DNA of 63,867 nucleotides, filler included, from Basidiobolus ranarum (Eukaryota): NCBI GenBank assembly GCA_040143965.1. It is 35 parts of 35 records of this genome, joined end to end, with 100 filler letters (N's around TTAATTAATTAA, not from the genome) between each part and the next. Parts side by side here need not be neighbours in the genome. Positions count along the whole stretch, not along the records: positions 51,214 to 52,936 come from JASJQH010011350.1; positions 53,037 to 54,758 come from JASJQH010011351.1; positions 54,859 to 56,580 come from JASJQH010011352.1; positions 56,681 to 58,402 come from JASJQH010011353.1; positions 58,503 to 60,224 come from JASJQH010011354.1; positions 60,325 to 62,046 come from JASJQH010011355.1; positions 62,147 to 63,867 come from JASJQH010011356.1; 28 more parts are not named here. One strand, 5' to 3'. Shown piece by piece: positions 52,850 to 63,867 of this stretch (position 1 is its first letter; each line of letters starts with the position of its first letter). The notes under the pieces were generated by a model. It saw only the letters and a program-made list of their open reading frames with translations, ran no database searches and was not told where the DNA came from. The position numbers and the translations under genes were made by a program.

Positions 52850-54169
52850 ACTGTAGAATACTTGATAGATCATGAGAAGCAGTTCTTGAAGGCTACACTT
52901 CTGGGCACCCATTCTAGGATTCATTGGTTAGATATANNNNNNNNNNNNNNNNNNNNNNNNNNNNNNNNNNNNNNNNNNNNTTAATTAATTAANNNNNNNN
53001 NNNNNNNNNNNNNNNNNNNNNNNNNNNNNNNNNNNNCAATTTAGACTACAGGGCCTAAAAATATGAGACTCTCTTGCTTATGATATGGATAATCACTAAT
53101 GTTAAATAAGAAATTGGGTAAGGATTAATTACTGAACATCTTCACCAGTCTATTTGGGCTCAAGTTCCACTATGCTGTACTCCTTTTCTGTTGTTCAGGT
53201 GCTAGAAACATGGCCTTTCATACTTAGGTAATATTGCATATTAATTTGAAAATGATTGTGTTTCATTTTATTATTTAGGCAGACTGATATTAATTAATTC
53301 AGTACAGGTTGTAAACCTGAGCAACTCACATGCTCTATGGAGAGCTCCTATCCCTGAGTTTTATTACCTTATCAATAGCAAAACCTATGCCATCAACTGT
53401 ATGCACACCTAACCCATTACATTGCATAGATATCCAAATAGGTTATTAGTGATAGAATCCAACTGGATACTGGATGGTGTAAATTTAAGACATAATGAAA
53501 ATGTATATATCCAAGCAGCAAACTTGGACTGAGATTGTCACAACTTTTAACTCAGATATGGTTGGTGAAGGAAAATCACACTACATGACTTACAAATCCT
53601 GTAAAGCGCAGGTCTATAACAGGCTTTTACCCTACAATAAGAGTTGAAGTATTACTATTTCCAGAATATAGTTAAGTTGAATCATAGACACAAATATCTG
53701 ACTGAGCTTCTATTTCATGAATCTAGGATTATGAAGCAAGTGGACTAAAATAGATGTATCACCTGAGTCTCTCACAACCGCAAAAGTGGACTTAATGATC
53801 CCAATCCACGCAAAATTAATATATCAAAGGCAGAATGAGGCAAGTAAAACAAAGCTGGTGATTTTATGTCACAACTGCATATTTAGTGTGACCACACCGT
53901 CCTTGATTCCATCTAATACGATTCCACTAATAAATGATCTCATGTGATGCTGTGAAAATATATTTCCTTAATGAATATTCTTCTCATGACGAAAAATCAA
54001 GATGCCTGCGTACTTGGCCCGAGAATGGTACAGATATTAACCTTATATTGATTTGTAAAGCATATTAGGTAAGCTAAATCCAATTTACAGGTTAGGTGAT
54101 CTAAAATGCCTTTTATTTGCAATAATTCCACAGCACTGAAATACATCTTGATGGTACTTCATTGACAAA

Positions 54170-54758
54170 TTATGAGCTATGTAAGGAGCATCCGCTAGAT
54201 CCATTGTTAGATACAACTGGTAAGTCAACGGCCTCTCTTTTAACTAACTTTCCCTTCCCTGCACGAGCCTTGGACACACTGGATACGTCGTGAGAGTAGG
54301 TGGCGACAGCATGGGCGATACCTCGGGCATTAATCAAGAATGCTTTATGTGCAAGATTGGCGGTTGTATCGCAGGCTTTATGGTAGCACTGATCATAGGA
54401 CTCGCCTACTTTGCCACCGAACTTCTTAAACTGCTCAAGAGTCTTTAATTTTTCCGCTCCAGTGTCGAGCCCTCCTGAAGGAATTCCAACAGCAGCGAAG
54501 GGGCCAATGTCGGATCGACTGTATGGATAAACATCACTTTCATAGACAACATCTTTAGCTTGGAAGTGACTTTCAAAGAGCGAAGTAATAACTTCTGAGC
54601 CCGCAGGCACTGGTTCCCCGCTTTCATCTCCTTTAAGAACACGAAGTATATAGTTAGGAGAGGCAATCATGTCAAAGTTAAGAATAACTGCAATATTGTC
54701 AATATCAGTTTTCTTCAAATTCTTGACATAATGTTCGGATCCCAAAAGACCGAATTCT
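54170..54758 (-). CDS. M28-family aminopeptidase (aminopeptidase Y-like), C-terminal part
   Basis: EFGLLGSEHYV...LNFDMIASPNY...RSD..PF...GIPSGGL.TGAE...YDQCYHKACDT. Confidence 0.92.
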
Positions 54759-55040
54759 NNNNNNNNNNNNNNNNNNNNNNNNNNNNNNNNNNNNNNNNNN
54801 NNTTAATTAATTAANNNNNNNNNNNNNNNNNNNNNNNNNNNNNNNNNNNNNNNNNNNNGTTGAAAGTCTGGTGACTTGTGATACAAGCAGTAATTCCTAA
54901 AGAGGAAAATATGGAGTATGGTGACTGCATCTGAACACAAAGTCTGAGGCCAATCAGTTGCTTGTATAGCTGAAATGCCAAAGCACCATACATTGACAGA
55001 CTAGGTTAAGGTTCCCTAGCAATATAGGCATAGCATACAA

Positions 55041-55113
55041 GGACTGGTAGCTCAATGGTTAGAACACCTTGCTAGAGTGAAGGAGGTCCCAGGTTCAAAT
55101 CCTGGCCAGACCA
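55041..55113 (+). other. tRNA-like Pol III cassette (pseudo-tRNA or tRNA-derived repeat)
   Basis: 73-nt cloverleaf with A box TAGCTCAATGG and B box GGTTCAAATCC; mismatched stems and no credible anticodon arm. Confidence 0.65.
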
Positions 55114-56680
55114 ATATTTCTTCCTAAATAATTTCAATAACAACAGCCTTAAGATATAACAGTTATAGCAGTGCTTATGGCCTAAAATAACTATGCACTG
55201 TTATACAATCAAAATCTCCAGCAGAATACAAGCTAATGGTATTTTGATAGTCCCTTATTGAATATGTGGTCCAGCAGGGTGGATCTGATGCAAATCACAT
55301 GACTTTTTTTCCTGGGGACTGAGTGCAGCAGATGCAATGAGGTTTCCTTTCTACCCTCTAGTAAGAGTTGCTCCTATTCAACATATAAACTATTGGTTGC
55401 CAATCTAAAGAACATCATGAAATCATTGAAATATGGAGCAATGATACTTTGGAGAGTTTTATATCAAGCTACTGATGGTGTGTGTGATAAATTAGTTGGG
55501 CTTGCCTACAAGTAACTCTATAATAGTGACATTTCCAATAATGCTCTCTTCATTCATTTAGCCAGGTTTGATGATTATTCCATTCAATTACTATACTATA
55601 AGCACAGCCTGTTGTCCAGTAATTGTGCTTTATGTCAACCTTTCACCAAATGAGTGCTATGAGAGTAAAAATATCACAATGTTCCTGCTGATATCTGGCT
55701 AGAAATCACAAAGTGAACATCATAGTTTTCTACCGCTGCAGATATACAAATTTTGGCTTCTTTGCAAAGAGGTGTGTAGAAGTTCATGTAGTGAAAGGGT
55801 GTTGTTCTGTCTGATATCAAGGTAGCTAAGTAGTCTTGATATTGATTGATCCAAAGAGGCAGTCAAGTGCAGCAGCTTTGAGCTCTTTAGACAGGAGATG
55901 CTAGCAGAGTAGAACTAACTACTCAGAGTCTTGAGAAAAGCAGTAGATTGCCTCCTAATTGTAGGGCAAAGATTTGATAGGCTGCCAGGTTGGGCTTTCT
56001 GCATATGCTAGTGAGTACTGTGCTTTGATAGAAATTAGGGAGAAAATATTGAACTAATTGAGACACATTGTGAAGTGCTGAGGTCCTGTTTTGTGGAGAT
56101 ACCAAGTGAAAAGGGGAGGTAAGAACCAAAGTCATCATAAATGGACTTATTCCATTGTACCAGGTATAATTGCACCTTCAATTAATATGTTGGAGTAACT
56201 GTGGTTGAAATTGATCATGCCAGATGTTGTGCACCAACATAAAGTTGCTTAAACTTACACCATATCTATACAACTTGTTTGAATATCTGTTTAGTTTATC
56301 ATTATCACTAATTAGTCACCTGACCTTATCCAGTGACTTTATCATGTGACCTATCACCTGACTAACTATCTATTTGCTTATCCCTTCTATCAGATCATAT
56401 GACCTATCACATGATCATCATCCAATTAGTATTAACCTCTGAGTCATCTGCCTAGACACAAGTCAATTTGAGTCACATGATTCATAACCAATGATCTTTC
56501 ACTGCCAAGACTTCAGCTGATGCATGACTCACTTATCTATCTATCTATCTATCCAATCACATTTTCTTTTATCAGAATTANNNNNNNNNNNNNNNNNNNN
56601 NNNNNNNNNNNNNNNNNNNNNNNNTTAATTAATTAANNNNNNNNNNNNNNNNNNNNNNNNNNNNNNNNNNNNNNNNNNNN

Positions 56681-58402
56681 CCAACTCCATCCCAAGTCTC
56701 ATTACTTTCGAGTCGTGTAGAAAAACTAGAAACACTACTACTGCCCTTGGTGGAAGAGACTCGCTCAAAAGGGCGGGGAAAAACCCGACTCGTACCTGAG
56801 GTAAAATATATTCATACTTGTTGAAAACCTAGTACCATTCACTTTGGATAATATTCTTCCGGGTTAAAACTTACTTTCTATGCTTTTAAACTGATAGAGT
56901 GTGGATGCCTCTCACAAAGAGGAAGTCGAAGAGGATGCTTTGTCGAAACTCTCTCAGAGTCTTAATAATTTATCACTGGATAGAAAGCCAGATTTTGAAT
57001 ATATGGGAAGTAGTTCAGGGTTATACGTTTTAGAGGGTAGTAAATTCGACACAGATGGACTACTTCAAAAGTATGATTCAAAATTAATAATCGAGAATAG
57101 CATCCCTTCAGTCTTGTTAAATGATCTCCTTTTCCAAGAACTCACCACGAGATTACTGTCGATTTACTTTGATCGATATCATAGATACATCCCCATCTTC
57201 AACAAGGTCGATTTTCAGGATCGAATCAGCTCCGGAAAGGAAGTGTCATTGACCTTGTTGAATTCGATATATGCATTGGTATGCCGATACACTCAGAGAG
57301 TTGATATATTTGTTGACATGGAAACCCATACTAGCGTGACCAATTACTTCTTTACTCAAGCAAAAACCTACCTTGATAGAGAATATCTAACCCCTACTGT
57401 GCAGACAGTCCAAGCATTGATCTTAATGTCCTTCCAACCGGAAATAGGTTGGATATATAGTGGCATGGCCACTCAGATAGGGCAAGAACTAGGGCTACAT
57501 CGTAATCTAGACTTGGATAAGATGGATTTATTGCAGAAACAGAATCGACAACTTACTTGGTGGGGATGTTTCTTCCTAGATCGGCTAGTGAGTGCAATCG
57601 TTGGAAGGCCAATGCTTATAGATGAGGAAGATTGTGATGTCAAACTCCCCATAGATATTCGTTGTAACGGCTCTAACAAAAACGCAAGAGAGGATGAATT
57701 TGCAGAAAGTGTTCGCTATTTCCATCAAGTCATACGCCTGTTCACCATCTTGACACAAACTCTTCGTGATGTTTATGGGGTAGTAAAGCAAAGTAGGGTA
57801 AAAGCGCGTGACACTCTTCTACATCTCAATAAATCGCTGAGCGATTGGAATGCTACACTTCTACCAGAGTTCTGGTATGACATTACTCTTGGTCGACCAA
57901 ACAATCAATATGTCACCTTGTTGGCGCTGTATTACCACTACACTGTCATCTTGACCAATCGTCCATACATTGCACCTTCAAGTGTCAATACATCCCCACT
58001 CAATAACCTTGCACTCCAAGCGTGTGCTAAATCAGCCAGTATCATTTCCTATATTATGTATCATATTCCTGCGTCCTGTTTACTAGATGAGATACAAATC
58101 AAAGCGACAATTATATTCAGTGCGAGCACTATCCATACAAAGAACATAACCTCATCAGACTCCAATCTGGCTTATGCCTCCAGGGCTAATCTGATTGTCA
58201 ACCTTAACATCCTTAAGAACCTGAATATCGACTCGATAGTCATCTCCTTATACTTACTCTTACTTGAAGACATGATCCAGTCTCATGGACTTTTAGACAT
58301 GGTGTCTGACTCTCAGCAGCCAGTGATCTATTCCTCGTCCAACGAAAAACTTTCTACTACCGATGAGCTTGACAGCCCGACCGCTCTACAATACTCTGAA
58401 AG
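56681..58402 (+). CDS. Fungal-specific transcription factor domain protein (Zn2Cys6-type middle homology region); partial at both ends, intron 56801-56897
   Basis: Exon LSSRVEKLETLL (coiled coil); YMGSSSG; YFDRYHRYIPIF; TVQALILM; SGMATQIGQELGLHR; RQLTWWGCFFLDR...GRPMLI. Confidence 0.93.
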
Positions 58403-58505
58403 NNNNNNNNNNNNNNNNNNNNNNNNNNNNNNNNNNNNNNNNNNNNTTAATTAATTAANNNNNNNNNNNNNNNNNNNNNNNNNNNNNNNNNNNNNNNNNN
58501 NNATG

Positions 58506-58997
58506 TTAAACCATGAGCCTTGACACCACAACCTCAAAAGACAACTTGTCAGATCTGGCTTCCAATGCTGTGATCAAGTTTGAATACTGTTTTGGTAGAC
58601 TACTTAGAAGATTCATAATGACATCTTCTTCCTGTAAAGTTGCACCAATCTTTTCCAGTTGATTTGCCAAAGATCTCACATTTGCAACATGAGTAACCAT
58701 GCTTTGAGACTTTCCCATCTTTATATTGAAGAATTTTTGTCTGAGAAAGAGTCTTTTGTCTAGACTCTTTGCTTCATAACACTCCTCCAATATAGTTCAA
58801 GCTTGATAGGAAGTCTTTGCATATTAAATATTAACAAGTTGCTAATTCTTCAAACTTTGCAAAATCACATTAAAGGGCTTTTTGTCTCTTTTCTTGTATG
58901 CTTCCAATAAAGAAGGGTCAGAAGATTCCTTTTCATCTCCAGAGACTATGTCACAAAGCTCCCTGTCTTCCAACATAATTTGCATCTTGAACTTCCA
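58506..58997 (-). mobile_element. Copia gag fragment (same family as 29078-29207)
   Basis: YEAKSLDKRLFLRQKFF...LLSSLPKQYSNLITALE. Confidence 0.85.
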
Positions 58998-59801
58998 GAA
59001 ATCTGCTACCAAGCTCCATGCACTTAAACAAGGGCCAAAGCCTGCATCAACTTATGCTACCAAACTTCTTCTTCTTGCCTGTGATCTCAATTGGGGAGAA
59101 TCTGCCCTAACCAGCCAGTTCCAACATGGACTACAAGAAAGTATTACGGATCTTCTACTCATTATGGCTGACCCAGTGACCTTGACTGATGCTCTTCATC
59201 AGGCAGTTAAATGTGACAACTGGTTGTTGGAAAGACAACAACAAAGAAACATGGACCCTTTCCACTCTCCTTCCTCCACTACTTCCATGTCTCCCTCCAA
59301 TCAAACACAAAATTCATCTCAAGCTGACAATGCAAAGCAAGTTTATGGACTTCAATTCAGAAAGTTTAGCCGTGAGGAGAAATATCAACACCAACAAGAG
59401 AATCTATGCCTCTATTGTGGTGTTACTGGACATGTAGCTGGAAACTGTCCAAAAAAGAATCCTGGATTCAAGATAAACAATATGCCACTAGAAGTGAACT
59501 GTTCCCAACCATTGGAAAACTTCAATGCCCAGCTCCAATAATGGGCATGCACTTGGGCCAATCATCTTCAAAAATGTTTCTCATCTTACATTGTAATCTC
59601 TACAGTCATAGCAGTCATTAAAGCTGCCCATTAAACTCCTGCCACCCAATTCCAAGTCAATAAAAACAACTGCACTCCTTGTTTCAAGTGCCTTCTCCTG
59701 TTTTATCAACTCTGCCTTTATCATATCCCACTCTATCCCAACAATTAAGAAATCTAGCCCAGTCCTTGTAGAAGTAATTGATGGAAGGCTGCTATCATCT
59801 A
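58998..59801 (+). mobile_element. Ty3/gypsy gag and decayed protease
   Basis: LHALKQG...WGESALTSQFQHGL; zinc knuckle CLYCGVTGHVAGNC; VEVIDGR downstream. Confidence 0.85.
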
Positions 59802-60224
59802 CCCTAACAAAAATATAATCAATTTGATCTGGATTGGATTCACCCTTCTGGATTGCAAAACCATCAGAAAACCATCAGAGAGCCATCTCAAGATTGGTAG
59901 CTTGCATTCTGCCAAGGGTGTTGATGGTGAGATGGGAGCTTCTTCATGGTATTTTGACAGTATTCATACATGTTAAAATAAAGATCCTCATATTTGGCAT
60001 GTGTTATTTAATTTCTGGCAATTTTTGCAAAAATCTAATTTTCAAATGTCAAATTACTGGGTTAACTGCTGTAGGAATCTGAATTAATATGCATGCCTTT
60101 ATTTACATATTTTAGGCCTTTTAGTCAAGCTCTAATGAGAATCAAAAAATACAAAAATCTTATTGTGTTTAACCTCTACATATGCACATACTTGACTGAT
60201 CAGACATAACTCAACAAAATCCAT
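59802..60224 (-). mobile_element. CACTA-type terminus inserted in gypsy protease
   Basis: Begins CCCTAACAAAAAT. Confidence 0.82.
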
Positions 60225-60324
60225 NNNNNNNNNNNNNNNNNNNNNNNNNNNNNNNNNNNNNNNNNNNNTTAATTAATTAANNNNNNNNNNNNNNNNNNNN
60301 NNNNNNNNNNNNNNNNNNNNNNNN

Positions 60325-61405
60325 GTTAGTGATTCTCTTCAGTTCCTATGGTATCCAAGATGCCCACGGTGAGCCTATTATCGGTAGAAAAAGTGACGGG
60401 TTAAACATCCTCGACAAGAGAGGGTTGGTTGAAGCTGAGCCTGCTCTTGATACACGCTCATTTTTACTTCTCAACGAAGAAGAAGATGATGGGACTAAAG
60501 ATAGAGTATTGATTCCGTTTTTAGAAAACACCGGTTATGTACTAGGCAGAATCCCAGTAGTTGGTGGTATTATTGAAGGGTTGATTCGTGGACGTCTACA
60601 AAACTCTAAAGGCCCAAATATTGTCGTTTCCTTCTCTCCTCTAGAAGTTAAGCAAGTGATTCAAGAAGCCTTACCTGAAGTCAAGTCTCTCTTGAATGAA
60701 GTACTTGGTCCTTATTCAAATCCTCCCAAAGGGCTCTTTGCCTCAACAGCTAGATTTGCTTCCAGTTATGTATTAAATGCTGGATTAGATTATATCTCTG
60801 GGTTTTTGCCAACATTTCTAGGTGGAAAACCAACCGATCAAACGAATAGAAATCTCGTTGGAACTTCAAAATCCACTCCCGTCAAACCTGTGAAGCAGGC
60901 TATTAAAGAGGAGAAAGCTGCTAAAGCCAAGAAAATCGCCGATGCTAAGAAAGCCATGAAAACTGCCAAAGCTAGAGAAGCCGCAGAGGCCAAGAAACTA
61001 GCCGATGCTAAGAAAGCTGCCAGTGCCAGGAAAATCGCTGAGGCTAAGCAAGCGGCTAAAGCCTTGAAAATCGCCAATGCCATGAAAATCGCCGAAGCCA
61101 AGAAAGCTGCCAAAGAACAGAAAGCTGCTGAGGCCAGGGAGGCCGCGAGAGCAAAGAAAGCCGCTAAAGAACAAAAAGCTGCTGAAGCTAAGAGGATTGC
61201 GAGAGAAAAGAAAGCCGCTAAAGAGCAAAAAGCCGCTGAAGCCAAGGAGGCCGCGAGAGCAAAGAAAGCCGCTAAGGAACAAAAAGCTGCCGAGGCCAAG
61301 GAAGCTGCTGAAGCCAAGAAATCTGGCAAAAATTCAGGCTCAATATTCAAATCGGCTACTAGGTTTGTGTCACGAGCACTGTCAAGTTTAACCTCTTTCT
61401 TCTAG
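60325..61405 (+). CDS. Uncharacterised protein with Lys/Ala/Glu-rich helical repeats, possibly secreted; 5' partial
   Basis: Open ORF of ~360 aa with a hydrophobic start, a dibasic LDKR site and repeated AKKAAKEQKAAEA units with synonymous variation. Confidence 0.75.
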
Positions 61406-61791
61406 ACATAAAACATGACTGCCGAAGAAGGTTCAATATCTTATTTGCATAGAAAAACTATGTGGATTGTAGGTCTTAAGTAACATATTTTATTGTCAAA
61501 GTAAGCAACTTCTGAACACCCTTAATATAATAATAAATATATTGAATGCAACAGCAAACATTTAGTTATACGAGTCAAAACTATGCCAATTGATTTAATT
61601 CTACAACAATGATCAATGACGCATCAATTCGCTGATGATATTACAGATTTGGTAGTGCCTCGAGATTATTCAATTTGTTCTGAAAGCCAATTCTAGTGGA
61701 CAATTTGACCTTACCAAATTTCACTAGCATATACCTCTAAAACAGCTCACACTTCACACTCTTGCAACTTACTCATATCGAATGAATAGAA

Positions 61792-62046
61792 ATGTCGAGC
61801 AACTTTAATGCTTTTTTGTCTCCTAATTTCGTCTTAAATGATTGGATTAACGCTTCGTTATCGAGCGAAAGTTCAAACCGTATTATGAAACCAGGTCATC
61901 TACCTTCAAGTGATGGTTCTTCTGAGCTCAGCAATTTGAGTATAGAAGGAATTTCGAAAAATATCGTCGAGGGAGAGCAGCTAGATACAAGTACGGAGAA
62001 GAAAGTATTTATGCTAGTTACTAAGCTTCAACTGCTAAGTCATGAA
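61792..62046 (+). CDS. COG7: Conserved oligomeric Golgi complex subunit 7, N-terminal part
   Basis: FLSPNFVLNDWINASL...LVTKLQLLSHE resembles the COG7 N-terminus (F...F....WIN...LV.KLQL). Confidence 0.65.
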
Positions 62047-62189
62047 NNNNNNNNNNNNNNNNNNNNNNNNNNNNNNNNNNNNNNNNNNNNTTAATTAATT
62101 AANNNNNNNNNNNNNNNNNNNNNNNNNNNNNNNNNNNNNNNNNNNNAATCCTTTACTAGCTTTATGTTTAGCTATAAGTTTTTTCTTAT

Positions 62190-62879
62190 TGACAGCAGAA
62201 CTTGTTTGGTAGGTGTCTTCCAAGGCCTTCCATACCTTCTTGGCACTTTAACTCTTGAACATTGAATTGTAATTTGTCTTTAACATAACAACAAATTGTG
62301 TTAAAGGCACTTTGTTCCTTTTTAACCTGGAGTAAAACTTTGGTCTCAGATAGTTTTGCATGTTGCCTTCTGCTATAACAGTTTCCCAAAGTGAATTTTC
62401 TTGCAGCAACATTTTCATTTTAATTTTCCAAACTTGATAATTGGTTCCATCCAATTTTTCAGAAGAGGAAAAAGTTCCGTAAATTTGAGTAGTAGGCACT
62501 ACAGAGAGTGCAAGCTTGGGGCTCATAGCCTGTTAAAGTATTTGGGAGCCTGTTGGAAGTGGTTTGGAGAATTAGAGGAATTGGCAGTTGTCACTTATTG
62601 ATTTATTGAGTTGAAAGTTGACATTTATACATTTGTCATGATGTAAGCCAAGTATCATGTAGAATGGGATTAGGAAGGTGCCAGAAACACATGTTCAGGG
62701 TTTGGGGCTTCTAGCATAGGTTTCAAAAATCTATAAATTTGAGAACTTCTAGGTTGGTAAAAATTTTTTAAGTATATTCCTGATGAGAATAATGGGTCAT
62801 ATCTTAGTGAGAGTGTAGGAAAACTAAGTACTAAGCCATATATGACTATATAGGTGTTTAGGCAATGCTAATTTCAACA
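62190..62879 (-). mobile_element. Copia family-A 5' LTR (62531-62879), PBS and decayed gag
   Basis: TG...CA LTR; ggctatgagccc; MSPKLA...EKLDGTNYQVWKIKMKM. Confidence 0.88.
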
Positions 62880-63659
62880 GTGTCCACTAACATCTACAGA
62901 ACACCAAACCTGGCTGCCTATGAAATTTTATCTTTACTGCAACATAGCAAATCTTTGCTACTCTCAAGACTCAAATTAGATATATCTGCTGTACTAATAT
63001 CTCCTGCTTATGCAGTTCTAAGATTATGTCCTTGATTGTTTCTTAGGTTCAGTAAAGTTTAAGATTTTTTATCACTTTTTTCTTGGACAAAACCATTATT
63101 AATTTAAATAAAGATACATTACATGGTACAACTTCATCCCCCAAGGAACAGAAGAGTTCAATTTGAAAATGAATGATTTCTTTATTCCAAAATTCATTTG
63201 ATGCATAGTAAATGGATTTATTTTGTAAAATTTTACATGTTCCTAGCCAGTATTTAAGCATAACAGCCAAATTTAGTGAACAGTGTCTAGAAAGAATGAT
63301 ATAAGTGTGTGACATGTTGTTCCTATTAAGACATAATATATTAGTTCAGGGATAAAATGATATCAAAAATGAATTTATTTACTATATTACCATTTGCTTC
63401 TGGCATTTACAGCTTTATCATACTAAAACCCGGACACAATTGCACAGAGTTAGCTAAAGGATGCAACATTGACATCTTGTGATTACAGTAAATTGTTGGT
63501 CAAACAGACCTCAGATTGTAAGCACCCAATTACTCGTATGCATACATCACTACATCATAGCCCTAGTCATCTTTCTCTACATCATAAGAGCAACAAGAAT
63601 ACCTGGCTTACTGTTAAAGATTCGCAAACACTTGGATAGTAACTTGTAGATCAACCGTT

Positions 63660-63867
63660 TCATTCGAACAGTGGATCTGCTACATTGCGATCCCGATATG
63701 TCAATGGCATCATCCTTTCAATATGTCTTCTATCTTCCGGCGAAGCAATCGCGACGGGATCAATCCAAGATCGACTTAGTTTACGAAAACTATTTGAAAG
63801 TCGAGTTGTCTCTAATGGCTTCCACTTTTTCGTTTCCACGTTCGATCCTCGCAAGAGGGGATATACA
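63660..63867 (-). CDS. Probable C-terminal exon of an unidentified host gene
   Basis: Open to the window end and CpG-retaining like the other host genes; no motif recognised. Confidence 0.35.
   Translation of the reverse strand, partial: VYPLLRGSNVETKKWKPLETTRLSNSFRKLSRSWIDPVAIASPEDRRHIERMMPLTYRDRNVADPLFE

Noticed and set aside
55041-55113. Functional tRNA-Ser(AGA)
   Set aside because: Lacks the long variable arm of serine tRNAs and has mismatches in the acceptor, D and anticodon stems
60838-61350. Antisense ORFs of 170 and 94 aa
   Set aside because: Shadows of the GCN/AAR-rich repeat on the plus strand
1735-62146. Regularly spaced TTAATTAATTAA as a biological repeat or CRISPR-like array
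   Set aside because: Always embedded in 44+44 Ns between length-sorted contigs, so it is an assembly linker. ORFs ending in X runs are artefacts of it.

Overview
This is not one locus. It is 35 unrelated ~1.72-1.73 kb contigs, sorted by decreasing length and joined by 34 artificial 100-nt spacers (44 N + TTAATTAATTAA + 44 N), so adjacency across spacers means nothing. The source is an AT-rich eukaryote, very likely a fungus: there is a fungal transcription-factor domain, short GT-AG introns, a LysM/chitin-binding remnant and a TTAGGG repeat. An early-diverging (zygomycete-grade) lineage is my inference. Most of the window is decayed, CpG-depleted transposon DNA: several Ty1/copia families primed by half of tRNAiMet, Ty3/gypsy fragments, and an abundant CACTA/EnSpm-type family with CCCTA termini. 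Partial host genes include a putative GT-D-fold glycosyltransferase, a STIMATE/TMEM110-family protein, an ADP-ribosylglycohydrolase, an M28 aminopeptidase, a fungal TF, COG7, a Lys/Ala-rich repeat protein and a DUS1 remnant. The standout is a disrupted Fanzor1-like gene (eukaryotic TnpB-related RNA-guided nuclease family) at 38444-39452 on the minus strand, cut off by the contig end before its RuvC domain. Also notable are a 22-nt telomeric insertion inside a chitinase-like pseudogene, an LTR-like repeat with TA...TA ends, and a tRNA-like Pol III cassette in a possible LTR. All family assignments come from motif recognition, not database searches.
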